Assembly: GCA_016190215.1 (NCBI GenBank)
Contig: JACPRA010000024.1
Location: 1-58,503 of the forward strand
From: Candidatus Omnitrophota bacterium
GTDB lineage: Bacteria > Omnitrophota > Gorgyraeia > Aquiviventales > Aquiviventaceae
DNA: 58,503 bases
Direction: 5' to 3'
Below are positions 30,977 to 40,631 of this stretch, piece by piece. Within the stretch, counting starts at the first letter, position 1, and each line of letters starts with the position of its first letter. The position numbers and the translations under genes were made by a program. The notes below the pieces were generated by a model. It worked only from the letters and a program-made list of their open reading frames with translations, ran no database searches and was not told where the DNA came from.

Positions 30977-32914
30977 TCACGCTCCTGTGCCGGACTCTTC
31001 AGGCGGCGGTGGCTCATGCGGATCCGCCCGCCGGTGCGTTTGGTCCGCACCCGAGGGCAGCCCCGTAACCCACGTCCACTTCATCGGATACTCGTCCGGA
31101 TCGAAGATGACGAAGTAGAAATGCCAGACGAGAATCGCCAAACACGCGAGGACCGCCTCGTAATAATGCACGGCAGTCACCACGTCGAAGAACCACTTCG
31201 GGAACACGCGCAACGTCCAGTCTTCCCACGTCATCATACCGCCGGTCACCGCCATGATGACCGAGCCCCAGACCAGCGCCCAGTACTCGGCCTTCTCGAT
31301 GTAGCTATAGCGGGCAAAGACCGGACGCTCGCGACGCCACCCGAGGTAATAGGCCAGCATCTGCCAGGGCTGCACCAGGTCAATCCGCCGCGGCAGCAGC
31401 GCGCGGACATGGTGCCGCCCCCGGGACGTCAACAGCACGTAGCCCAGGTGGTAGAGCGCGAGCCCGCAGAACACCACCGCCGCCGCCCGGTGGCCGAAAC
31501 TGCGCCAGTCCACGCGGCCGAGGAAGGGGCTGGCCCACCAGGCCTGCGGAGACGTGAGCGCAAACCCCGTATAGGCCAGGAGCAGGAAGGCGACGATCAG
31601 GACCACGTGCTGGACCCGCACGCTGAGGCTCATCCGCGGCCGGACGCGCGCGGCCGCCATCCGCGCGTAGTGGGCCCGGAATTTTTTCAGGAAATCCAGC
31701 AGGTTATGCAGCGCCATCCCGCCGATCACCAACACGATCAGGACCAGATAGAACCGGCGCACCACCGACACCGCGACGTGCTCGAGCCCCGGCCGGGTCC
31801 CGGAGTGGATTTGGCCCTTCGCCACCTGGGCGCTGACCCCGGCGTGGCACTGGCTGCAGGTCTTGGCCAAATTACCGGGATTGATGGAGGACTGGGGGTC
31901 GCCGGCGGGGAGAATATCGTGCGTCCCATGACAGGACGCGCAGTTGGCTGCCGTCACCGATCCCCCCTGCAAGGCCAGCCCGTGGAAGCTGTCCATGTAG
32001 GTCTCGACGACATGGGGAGACAGCTGGTACTTGGTCGTGATGCGCTCCGCCGCGTGGCACTGCCCGCAGGTCTCGGGGATTTGCGAGGGGAACACTTTGG
32101 CCGATACGGTCTTCACCGCCTCAATCGAATGCTCGCCGTGGCAGTCGGTGCAGACGGGCGCGTCCCGCTTCCCCGCCTGCATCGCCTTCCCGTGGACGCT
32201 GCGCAGATACGTGTCCTGGATATTCTCGTGGCACTTCCCGCACGTCGCAGCAATGCGCTGCCAGTGCAGCTTGGAGGCCGGGTTGGTCGCTTTGTGGAGG
32301 TCGTGAGAGCCGTGGCAATCGGTGCAGGCCGCGGCGGCGGCGTTGCCGGCCTTCAAGAGCGCGAGCCCGTGCACGCTCTGTTCATAGGACGCCACCGGCA
32401 ATCGCTGGCTCAGATGGAACTTCGCCATCTCCTCGGTCTTCCCATGGCAGCGGCCGCACGTGTCGGGGATATTGGCGTGGAAGACCGGCGAGGCCGGGTC
32501 GCGGGAATTGCGCAGCTCGTGGGGGCTGCCGTGGCAGTCCCGGCAGGAGGCGGCTTCGGACACCCCCCGTGTGAGGGCGAGGCCGTGGTCGCTCTTCAGG
32601 TAGACGTCGGCTTCGATCTGATGGCACGCCGCGCAGCTGACCGGTGCGGCCGGCACGTCGTGGGGGACTGCCGTGATGTCGGTGTGGCAGCTCGCGCACT
32701 GGTGGGCGCCGTGGATGGACGCCTCGAACCGCGCCGGATCCACGAAGCGCTCGGCGGAGGGATCGCCGTGGCAGGCGAGGCAGGTGGCGTTGTCGATCGC
32801 CTCCGGGGCCGGGGGTGCTGGCGCATCTTCCTGCGCGGCCGCGGCGGCCGAAAGAAGGAGCGTTCCAAGGACAATCAGGCACGGCCGGCGCATGCGGAAT
32901 GGGAGCGCGATCAT
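30977..32914 (-). CDS. Multiheme c (11 CxxCH) fused to a diheme b membrane domain, CbcL-like
   Basis: 11 CxxCH counted; C-terminal FdnI-type TM helices (RVQHVVL, GHRAAA, YIEKAEYWA, VHYYEA, VWHFY). Confidence 0.85.
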   Translation of the reverse strand: MIALPFRMRRPCLIVLGTLLLSAAAAAQEDAPAPPAPEAIDNATCLACHGDPSAERFVDPARFEASIHGAHQCASCHTDITAVPHDVPAAPVSCAACHQIEADVYLKSDHGLALTRGVSEAASCRDCHGSPHELRNSRDPASPVFHANIPDTCGRCHGKTEEMAKFHLSQRLPVASYEQSVHGLALLKAGNAAAAACTDCHGSHDLHKATNPASKLHWQRIAATCGKCHENIQDTYLRSVHGKAMQAGKRDAPVCTDCHGEHSIEAVKTVSAKVFPSQIPETCGQCHAAERITTKYQLSPHVVETYMDSFHGLALQGGSVTAANCASCHGTHDILPAGDPQSSINPGNLAKTCSQCHAGVSAQVAKGQIHSGTRPGLEHVAVSVVRRFYLVLIVLVIGGMALHNLLDFLKKFRAHYARMAAARVRPRMSLSVRVQHVVLIVAFLLLAYTGFALTSPQAWWASPFLGRVDWRSFGHRAAAVVFCGLALYHLGYVLLTSRGRHHVRALLPRRIDLVQPWQMLAYYLGWRRERPVFARYSYIEKAEYWALVWGSVIMAVTGGMMTWEDWTLRVFPKWFFDVVTAVHYYEAVLACLAILVWHFYFVIFDPDEYPMKWTWVTGLPSGADQTHRRADPHEPPPPEESGTGA

Positions 32915-32924
32915 GCCGGGCCGG

Positions 32925-34454
32925 CTAGAGCCCGCTGGTCCCGGTATGGCACTCGCTGCATTTGAATTCGGTGACATCCACCCCCACGTCCACCGGGTGG
33001 CGGAACGGCTGGGCCTCCAGCCGGGCCTGGGCGACCTCCTCCGGGGGGCCTTGAGCGAGGATGGTATGGCAGGCGGCGCAGTCTTTCGTGAGGACCGTGC
33101 CGTCGCGGCTCTTATGCAACCCATCGTGGCAGCGGAAACAGCCCTGCGCGTTCAGATGGCCGACGTGGTTGGGATGCACGCGCCAGTCGGTGCGCATCTC
33201 CGGAAAGAAATTCCTGGCGTAGATGCGTTGCAACTCGGCCGTCGCCTGTTGAATAGCCACCCCCTGCTCCCGAACGCGCTCCGGGTACTCGCGCTGGTAA
33301 AACTCCGCCAGCCCTTTCAACAGGGCGGCGGAGGCCTCCGCGTCCGACACATACTCCTGCGACAGCAACCGGATGGCTTCGCGCTTCAGGTACGGAAGGG
33401 AGCGGTCCAGCCGGCCAGCCTCGAACGCTTCCTCGACCGCGCGGTCCGGTGGGCGGAACACATGGGAGGGGCGGTTGTGGCAATCCAGGCAGTCCATCCG
33501 GCGCATGGTCGCCTTCGCCAACTGCTCCGGCGAGAGCGGCTGCTCGGTGGACATGTATTCCCTCACGTGCCCGTCGCGATCCGCGACGCGCACCCACGGA
33601 ATCGTCTCGCGCTGCTCGTCGGAGGCGACGTAGTAGATGTCGTTCTTGATGTTCATGTGCCAGTGGATGCCTGTGGGCGCGCCGACGGCCGGATCGCCGC
33701 CGCCGATCTTCAGGAGCATCTGGATCTGCCAGGGGCTGTTCTGCTCATCCGCCAGGTAGTGGGTGAAGGTCTTCTGCTGGGCGCCGAAGAACTTCGCGGG
33801 CCAATGGCACTGCTCGCAGGTTTCCTGGGCCGGGCGCAGGTTCTTGACCGGCGAGGGGATGGGCCGGGGATAGCGGCCCGTGGTCACGGCATAGACCTGA
33901 TAGAGGCCGCTGAGCTTGGAGCGCACGTACCAGCTCGCGCCCGGCCCCACGTGGCACTGGGTGCACGCCACGCGCGCATGCGGGGAGTGTTGGTAGGCCG
34001 TGTACTCCGGCTTCATCACCTGATGGCACACCAGGCCGCAAAACTGCACCGACTCGGTGAAGTGATAGGCGCGGTAGCCGGTGATGGACAGCAGCACGCC
34101 CATAACAATCAGCGCGCTCAACGCCCCGACCACCCCCACTTGATGCCGGGGGTTGTTCAGATCCACCCGGGGCCAGCGGTGCGCCGGCGCGTCGGGCCGG
34201 CGGCGACGGCGGGCGCGCTCCCAGAAGGCGCCCAGCACCAGCACCCCGACGCCGGCCATGGCCACCATGGGCAGCGTCAAATAAATCAGGATCCCCAGAT
34301 ACGGGTTGGTCCGATGGCTGAACAAGTCCGCCGCCATCAAGGGCAGGCCCACCGCCGTGCTGATGACGGCCACGGCGCCGCCGGCCAGGCTGATGGGATT
34401 GCGCAGGAGGCTGGGCGGACGCGGAGCGGCGGGCGGACGGGGGGTCTCACTCAT
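32925..34454 (-). CDS. NapC/NirT-family heptaheme cytochrome, ImcH-like
   Basis: Three N-terminal TM helices (RNPISLAG, NPYLGI), FCGLVCH plus six CxxCH, GIHWH, DCLDCHNRPSH. Confidence 0.82.
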   Translation of the reverse strand: MSETPRPPAAPRPPSLLRNPISLAGGAVAVISTAVGLPLMAADLFSHRTNPYLGILIYLTLPMVAMAGVGVLVLGAFWERARRRRRPDAPAHRWPRVDLNNPRHQVGVVGALSALIVMGVLLSITGYRAYHFTESVQFCGLVCHQVMKPEYTAYQHSPHARVACTQCHVGPGASWYVRSKLSGLYQVYAVTTGRYPRPIPSPVKNLRPAQETCEQCHWPAKFFGAQQKTFTHYLADEQNSPWQIQMLLKIGGGDPAVGAPTGIHWHMNIKNDIYYVASDEQRETIPWVRVADRDGHVREYMSTEQPLSPEQLAKATMRRMDCLDCHNRPSHVFRPPDRAVEEAFEAGRLDRSLPYLKREAIRLLSQEYVSDAEASAALLKGLAEFYQREYPERVREQGVAIQQATAELQRIYARNFFPEMRTDWRVHPNHVGHLNAQGCFRCHDGLHKSRDGTVLTKDCAACHTILAQGPPEEVAQARLEAQPFRHPVDVGVDVTEFKCSECHTGTSGL

Positions 34455-34516
34455 GGCGCTTCTCGGCTATCATAGCGGAAAATCACCACGCGCACGGTGA
34501 AAACTACCGGACACGC

Positions 34517-35818
34517 TTACGGGGATGCCGGCGGAGACGGGGGTGTGGGAGGTCGCGCAGCGTCTGAACGCTCAAGATCTCGAATCCACAACAGGAGCCC
34601 GGCGATCAACAACCCCAGGACAGCCAGGGTGATCCACAACCCCTCGCGGCGAAAGTGAAATTCATGGATGGCCGCGACGCCATGCTCCTCCGCGGCGCGC
34701 GCATGCCGCTGCCCCTCTTCGGCGATCGGCTGCAAGGCTGACGGGGAGAACGCATGGACGTACGCCCGCGTCTGCGTCAGCTTCGTCTCGGCCTCCCGCA
34801 GCTCAAACTCCGCTTCGCTGACGTCCATCCCCAGCCGGCCGGCTTGCTTGACCGTCGCCTCGGCGCCGGCGATCTGCGCCTTCACGCGCTCCACCGCTTC
34901 CCGCATCTGCTGCGCGCTTGCATACCCGGCCGATCCGGGCTCGTGGCAGCCGATGCAGACCGCGTCCGGACCGACCCCCAGCATCTCGTCCGTGGGCTTG
35001 CGGATCAAATGGTTCCCGTGGCAGACTTCGCATTCCGGCAGCCCCAGGGACTCATGCGCGGCCTTGTGCGGGCTGGCGGCAAACAGATCCCGCGTCAGCG
35101 CATGGCACTGGGCGCACACGTTGCCGACGGCAATCGCCCCCGGCCTCGCCGCCTCGTGCGAGCCGTGGCAGCTCGCGCAGTGGGGCGCGGCGCGGTCGCC
35201 GCGGAACAACAGCGCCTGGCCGTGGACGCTCTGCGAGTATTCCCAGTGCTGGTTCACCGGCAGGCCGTGCCGGTCCATCAGCTCGGCATCGGTATGACAG
35301 GACGCGCAAGTTCCGGGAATGTTCGTCGGGAACACCGGCGAGAGCGGGTCCTTTTTAGAGCGGATGCCGTGGACGCCGTGGCAGCTCGTGCAGACCGCCA
35401 CGTCGGCTTCCCCCTGGCCGAGCCTCTTCCCATGCTGGCTGGTGAGATATTTCGCGTATTGGTCGGTGGGGAGATTGGGGTTGTACTTGCGCATGTAGGC
35501 CGGGTCCGCGTGGCAGCGCGCGCAGAATTGCGGGGTCTCGGCGATCGTCGGCTTGCCCAGAAACCCCTGGGAGGGATCCATCGCAACCATGGGATCCGAA
35601 GAGGTCGGATCCCCGCCGTGGCAATCGGCGCAGGAGAGCCCGCGCTGGCCATGCACATCGCTCTCGAGAAACAGGGTGGCCGGGCCGCGCGTCTGTTCTT
35701 CCATCGCGTGGTGGCACTCAAGGCAACTATTCGGCGGCGGTTCGGCAGCCGATGCCGCCGTCATCCAAACGACGCACCCGAAGCCGAGATACCACCCGAA
35801 CCGCCGGCGGCAGGTCAT
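34517..35818 (-). CDS. Nonaheme c-type cytochrome with C-terminal membrane anchor
   Basis: Signal peptide, 9 CxxCH, coiled region, C-terminal TM; ATGA overlap with the cytochrome b gene. Confidence 0.87.
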   Translation of the reverse strand: MTCRRRFGWYLGFGCVVWMTAASAAEPPPNSCLECHHAMEEQTRGPATLFLESDVHGQRGLSCADCHGGDPTSSDPMVAMDPSQGFLGKPTIAETPQFCARCHADPAYMRKYNPNLPTDQYAKYLTSQHGKRLGQGEADVAVCTSCHGVHGIRSKKDPLSPVFPTNIPGTCASCHTDAELMDRHGLPVNQHWEYSQSVHGQALLFRGDRAAPHCASCHGSHEAARPGAIAVGNVCAQCHALTRDLFAASPHKAAHESLGLPECEVCHGNHLIRKPTDEMLGVGPDAVCIGCHEPGSAGYASAQQMREAVERVKAQIAGAEATVKQAGRLGMDVSEAEFELREAETKLTQTRAYVHAFSPSALQPIAEEGQRHARAAEEHGVAAIHEFHFRREGLWITLAVLGLLIAGLLLWIRDLERSDAARPPTPPSPPASP

Positions 35819-36888
35819 GGGTGCGCCGAGGTCCAAACGGCGTATCCCGTCGTGCCGATGACGTACGCCATCGCGAGCACCCCCGCCGCCCATACCATCC
35901 AATGCGACCGGCCCCGGCGAGCCGGCTGATCCAGCCACGGCACCAGCACCAGGAGCCCCGCCGCCGCGGTCGTAGACGCCACGGCGATCAGCTCGCCCTC
36001 GATGCCGAAGAGGTGCCCGGGGATGAGCTTGAGCGTTTGGAACATCCAGAGGAAATACCACTCCGGCTGGATGCCGACCGGCGTGGGCGCAAACGGATCG
36101 GCCTTGTCTCCCAGCGTCGCCGGCCAATAGACGGCCAACCCCAAGATCACCCCCAGCACGATGACCCAGACCAGCAGATCCCGAAGGAAAAAATTCGGGA
36201 AGAACGGTATGGAGCGCTCGTCTTTCACCGACAGCGGCTTGCTCATGCCTTGCAGCTGAATCATGAACAGGTGGAGGCCCATGAGGGCGAGCAAGCCGAC
36301 CGGCAGCACCGCGATATGCAGCCAAAAAAACCGGGTCAAGGTCAGATCGCCGACATCGCTGCCTCCCCGCAGCAACGTTTGGGTCAGCGGACCGACGTAC
36401 GGCACCACGCCGGCAATCTCGGTGCCCACCTTGGTGGCGAAGAACGCCAGCGTGTTCCAGGGCAAGAGATAGCCGGTGAACCCGAACCCCATCAAGAGGA
36501 ACAGCAAGCACACGCCGCTGACCCAGGTCAGCTCCCGCGGCGGACGGTAGGCCTTCAAGAAAAACGTGCTGGCCAAGTGGACCATGGCGGAAAAGATGGC
36601 CAGATTCGCCGCCCACGCGTGGACCGAACGCACCAGCCAGCCGAATTCCACCCGGGTCATGAGAAACCGCACCGACTCAAACGCGGTCTCCGCCGACGGA
36701 CGGTAGTACAACAGCAGCAGGAGACCGCTGGCGATCTGGACGCCGATGAGCAGCAGCGTCGCCCCGCCCCAGTAGTACCAGATGGTGTGCCGGTGGAGGG
36801 GGACGGTTTTATGCGAGGTGAATTCGATCAGGCCGCCGAGCTGATAGCGCGCGCGGAAGAACGCCGCGAGACGATCCTGAAGACGCAT
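35815..36888 (-). CDS. petB: Cytochrome b of a Rieske/cytochrome b complex
   Basis: WYYWGG, GWLVRSVHAW, GFTGYLLPW, RFFWLH, PEWY motif. Confidence 0.92.
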   Translation of the reverse strand: MRLQDRLAAFFRARYQLGGLIEFTSHKTVPLHRHTIWYYWGGATLLLIGVQIASGLLLLLYYRPSAETAFESVRFLMTRVEFGWLVRSVHAWAANLAIFSAMVHLASTFFLKAYRPPRELTWVSGVCLLFLLMGFGFTGYLLPWNTLAFFATKVGTEIAGVVPYVGPLTQTLLRGGSDVGDLTLTRFFWLHIAVLPVGLLALMGLHLFMIQLQGMSKPLSVKDERSIPFFPNFFLRDLLVWVIVLGVILGLAVYWPATLGDKADPFAPTPVGIQPEWYFLWMFQTLKLIPGHLFGIEGELIAVASTTAAAGLLVLVPWLDQPARRGRSHWMVWAAGVLAMAYVIGTTGYAVWTSAHP

Positions 36889-37328
36889 TACGACTTCGAA
36901 ACCACAATCTCGTCTCCCCGCACGTGCACTTGGTAGGCCTCAAGCGGCCTGGGGGGCGGTCCGGAGACGACCTGGCCGTTGAGGTCGAACTTGCCGTTGT
37001 GGCAGGCGCACCAGATGCCGCTCGCTTCCTCGTTGTACTGGACGGTGCAGTTCAGGTGGGTGCACACGGCGGAAAACGCCCGGAGATCGCCGTAGGGCGT
37101 ATTCACCAGGATCGCCGGGCGATTGCCGAACCGAAAGATCCGGGCGGTGTTGGTCGCCAGCTCCCCCACCTTGGCGGCCACGACGCTGGACACCGTCACC
37201 TCGCTGAGCCGCGGAGGAGCGAGATAGCGCGCCACCGGATAGAAGGCCGCCCCGAAGAGGGCCAGCACCCCACCCTTCAGCAGATACCGCAAAAATGCCC
37301 GCCGGCTGACGAATTCCTTGGGGCACAT
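36888..37328 (-). CDS. Rieske [2Fe-2S] subunit
   Basis: Tat signal SRRAFL, CTHLNC, WCACHNGKFD, GPPPRPL. Confidence 0.93.
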   Translation of the reverse strand: MCPKEFVSRRAFLRYLLKGGVLALFGAAFYPVARYLAPPRLSEVTVSSVVAAKVGELATNTARIFRFGNRPAILVNTPYGDLRAFSAVCTHLNCTVQYNEEASGIWCACHNGKFDLNGQVVSGPPPRPLEAYQVHVRGDEIVVSKS

Positions 37329-39430
37329 CAAAACTTCTGCGACACCTCAAACCAGAGGACGTGAGCGGTGTATTCGCCACCCTCGACGTTTTCATTCGGG
37401 TTATAGGTGTAGAGGTTGTACTCGGCCCCGACGGACGTATCCTGCAGCTTCACCGGCGACCATTTCACGCCGGTCGTGAGATCGAGCTTATGGAAGTCGG
37501 CCCCGTACGGCATCGCGGTATTGGCAAAGTCATTGAAGTTCTCCGCCCAGGAGTACTGCATGGTGCCGTTCAGCATCACGTTGGGCTTGAACGCATAGTC
37601 CGCGCCGAACATCCAGGTGTTCACATCCGCATTAAACGCCGGGATGGTGTACACCGGGAGGTTGCTCCCGGGATTCATCGACGTCAACCGCGCCGGCGTG
37701 GTCATCGAGGCGGTCTGCCGCGAAAACGTCGCCGTGGTCACCAGGTCGCGCGCCGGCTGCAGCATGACGTCGAACGTGTAGATATTGGAGAGCGACCCGG
37801 TTTTGGCGATGGACTGGCTTTCGGCTCGGGTCGCGTACGTGTCCGCCCGAAGCTGGTAGCGGAAGGACGGCCGAAACCACCGGCAGGGCTTGAGTGTGAT
37901 CCGCGTGGAGAACTCATCCGTGTGGGTGCTTTGCCCGTCGAAGAACGCCGAGCGGGCGCCGGAGGCTACGGTTTCCCGCTGATCGTCATAGTCGTTGTTA
38001 TGCACCCGATGCCGCACCTGGGAGGTGAGATCGAGGAACGGCCAGGGGTTCGTCCGCCCGCCCAACGTCCAGGCGCTGCGTTGCACATGCGTCACGGTCT
38101 CTCGCGTAAAGACCTCCGTCGCCACCGCATCGTTGCCGGTATCCGGGCCGTCCAGGCTCTGGCGATCCTCCCGCAGCAGCATGCGGGATTGCTCAAACTC
38201 CAATTCCGTGTACAGCGCTGTCCGCGGGACGCCGGTGAATCGCAGGGACAGCCCCTCCCCCCACCGCGCCGTTTTCGCATCCGCCAGCGTCACCTCTTGG
38301 TGATCCATCACTTGATCGAAGGCCTCGGGAGAAGACACATATTCCGAATACCACGGATAGACGGAATTGCCGTGGCGCGTGATGACCTCGGATTTGAGCT
38401 TGGCCCCGAAGCTGACCGTCTGCCACGGGTTGAAGGTGACGTGCTGCACCCAGGCGTGCGAGTCGTAGTCGTTGTCCGCCCGGGCGTTGATTTTGTTTTC
38501 GCCGCGCGAGAAGTTCGTAATGACGCCGGCCGCGTTCGTCTCCGTCATCGTTTCCGTCTCGCGGTTCTTCAGATGGTTGAAATGATAGCCCGACGACATC
38601 AGCACCTTGTCTTCCAGGAAGCTGCGCTCGCCTCCCAACGTGGTGGCCAAGAGGATGGCTTGCGGTCCTTGATTCTGCTGCCGGACCTTCGTGTCGGACG
38701 CCACCCCCGTGTTCGCCAGGTACCGCTCCTCCCGCAGGGTCTCGATGCGGGTAAATTCCCACCGCTGCTCCCCGTGCACGTTAAACCCGGCGAGGTCGTC
38801 TTTCTTCGCCTTCACGACAAAGGAGTCCACGGTCTCATTGACCTCCTGCCAGGACGGCCCGATGTTGCGCGCCTCGCCGACTTCCTTCACCGACGTCCAC
38901 GTCAGGCGCGATTTGGCGCCCTCTTTGAACTCCCGCTCATATTCCAACGCCAGCTCCGGCCAGCCCTCGAGCGTCAACCCCGTCTCAAACCCGAACTTCC
39001 CGATGTCCAATCGCAGGTCTTTATCCGTGGTGGGCAATTGGAAGGTCGCAAACCGGCGATGCGCGCCGGCGCCGTTATCGAAATACTTCCGGAATTCCGA
39101 GTAGCCGAAGTCGAAGAACCCCACGTCCTCTTTTTTGATGGCCAGCTCCGCCCCGAAATCATTGGCGCCGATGAGGGCGTGCCCTGCTCCGGACACTTCG
39201 ATGCCGTCCGGCGACGTGAAGTGCCCGGAAGCGTCCTTGATGCCGCCCGCATAGCCGTCATTCATCCAGTGATGGGCCCGAAACTTCCCGGCATCTCCGT
39301 CCACGGCGATGTACCGCATCGGCACCACTGTGATGGAGCCCTCGGCATCTGCGGCGTCGGCCGCGCGCCCTCCCGCGCACGCGCTCACGCCCAGGACGAC
39401 CGCCACTGCCCAGCACCTTGCGGCACGCAT
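37328..39430 (-). CDS. Large outer-membrane beta-barrel, MtrB/PioB-like porin
   Basis: Signal peptide, 700 aa of amphipathic beta-strand composition, C-terminal Phe; directly downstream of an MtrA-like cytochrome. Confidence 0.78.
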   Translation of the reverse strand: MRAARCWAVAVVLGVSACAGGRAADAADAEGSITVVPMRYIAVDGDAGKFRAHHWMNDGYAGGIKDASGHFTSPDGIEVSGAGHALIGANDFGAELAIKKEDVGFFDFGYSEFRKYFDNGAGAHRRFATFQLPTTDKDLRLDIGKFGFETGLTLEGWPELALEYEREFKEGAKSRLTWTSVKEVGEARNIGPSWQEVNETVDSFVVKAKKDDLAGFNVHGEQRWEFTRIETLREERYLANTGVASDTKVRQQNQGPQAILLATTLGGERSFLEDKVLMSSGYHFNHLKNRETETMTETNAAGVITNFSRGENKINARADNDYDSHAWVQHVTFNPWQTVSFGAKLKSEVITRHGNSVYPWYSEYVSSPEAFDQVMDHQEVTLADAKTARWGEGLSLRFTGVPRTALYTELEFEQSRMLLREDRQSLDGPDTGNDAVATEVFTRETVTHVQRSAWTLGGRTNPWPFLDLTSQVRHRVHNNDYDDQRETVASGARSAFFDGQSTHTDEFSTRITLKPCRWFRPSFRYQLRADTYATRAESQSIAKTGSLSNIYTFDVMLQPARDLVTTATFSRQTASMTTPARLTSMNPGSNLPVYTIPAFNADVNTWMFGADYAFKPNVMLNGTMQYSWAENFNDFANTAMPYGADFHKLDLTTGVKWSPVKLQDTSVGAEYNLYTYNPNENVEGGEYTAHVLWFEVSQKF

Positions 39431-39455
39431 TCAGGACCTCCTCTTCTGATGATGA

Positions 39456-40631
39456 TTAATAACGCAGGTGTTCGTCAAAATTCGAGCCGTGGACCGCCGT
39501 ATGACACCCGGCGCTGAAACAGGTGCCTTGATTCAATCGGCTGGCATGGCCGGACCCGCCGATCGTCGGGAAGTTGGTCTGCGTATGGCAGCGCAAACAC
39601 AGGTTGGCATCGCGCGCGAGCAGCATCTTTTCATGGATCGACCCGTGGACCTTGTGGCAGGTCGTGCAGCCCTCGCGCAGCGCCTCATGCTCATTCACGA
39701 ACGGGCCGCGCTGGTCCTTATGGCACTTGAAGCACGTTTCGTTGATGTCCTTGAGCGAGGTGGCGGACCAGGGACGCACGTCAGGCGAGTGCGGGCTGTG
39801 GCAATCCGTGCAGCTCATCTTGCCTTCCACGACCGGATGGTGGTGGGGGAGGCGGAATTCCGCCTTCTTGTCGAGATGGCAGGCAAAGCAGGTGCTGGGG
39901 TCCTTGCTGGGATTGATGATGCCGCCCACCCCGCGTCCGCCGCCGGCGTCCACGTGCAGGCTGCCGGGCCCATGACAGGTCTCGCAGCCTTGCGCCTTGA
40001 CGTCCTCACCCGGGATGCTGATTCTGGCGTGGGTGGATTGTTGAAATTCCTTGAACTGCTTGACATGGCAGGCCGCGCAGGTTTCCGTGCCGACATACTC
40101 GGCGGGCGCCTTCTCAGGCTCCTCGGCCTGGGCATCCGGCACCAGCCAGTCCTCCCAACGGGAGGACGGCTTGGGCGGTGCGTCGTCCGCGGCGGGGAGG
40201 GCCGGCTCGGGCACGGCGGGAGCGGACGCCTCGGGAGCGGCGGCAGGTTCGGCCGACGCCTGCGGCTGGCCGACCGGCCGAGAGTCGGGATCGCTGGGAT
40301 CCGTGCCGGCCTTCAGCTCCTCGCCGATCGGCGCGCCGTCCGCATCCGGATCGGCCTGCTCCGCCGCTCGCAGATCCTCGACCGTCAGCTTCTTGGCGCC
40401 GAGATCCGCCTTCCATTGTTGCAAGGCCCGACCATAGCCGTTGAGGTCGCCTCGCTTGCCGATGGCGCCCTGGTGGCAGATGGTGCAGGAGTACGCCTTC
40501 GGGTCTTTATCCGGATAGGCTTGCTTGTACGTTTTGAGGTTGTCAATCGTCGCCCAAGCGGATGGACTGAAGCTGAGCCAGCAGCCGGCCAGGAGGAGAC
40601 CGGCGACGCCGGCGCGATGGGATGATGCCAT
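39456..40631 (-). CDS. DmsE/MtrA/PioA-like periplasmic multiheme cytochrome with an extra N-terminal heme domain
   Basis: YVGTETCAACH, GCETCHGPGSLH, MSCTDCHSPH, RGPFVNEH, CHTAVHGSN; 8 CxxCH plus one Cx4CH. Confidence 0.85.
   Translation of the reverse strand: MASSHRAGVAGLLLAGCWLSFSPSAWATIDNLKTYKQAYPDKDPKAYSCTICHQGAIGKRGDLNGYGRALQQWKADLGAKKLTVEDLRAAEQADPDADGAPIGEELKAGTDPSDPDSRPVGQPQASAEPAAAPEASAPAVPEPALPAADDAPPKPSSRWEDWLVPDAQAEEPEKAPAEYVGTETCAACHVKQFKEFQQSTHARISIPGEDVKAQGCETCHGPGSLHVDAGGGRGVGGIINPSKDPSTCFACHLDKKAEFRLPHHHPVVEGKMSCTDCHSPHSPDVRPWSATSLKDINETCFKCHKDQRGPFVNEHEALREGCTTCHKVHGSIHEKMLLARDANLCLRCHTQTNFPTIGGSGHASRLNQGTCFSAGCHTAVHGSNFDEHLRY

Noticed and set aside
34470-34503. TCACC-N8-GGTGA inverted repeat upstream of the ImcH-like gene as a sixth Crp/Fnr box
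   Set aside because: Half-sites and spacing do not fit TATGAY-N4-RTCAT, and it is not 20 nt from the nearby TATGAT; it may be a weak hairpin
34517-36616. Extended N-termini of ORF-track calls (699 aa here; also 13425-15701, 30977-33124, 49022-49783, 20389-20988)
   Set aside because: The extensions overlap upstream genes in another frame; downstream starts give standard stop/start overlaps or signal peptides
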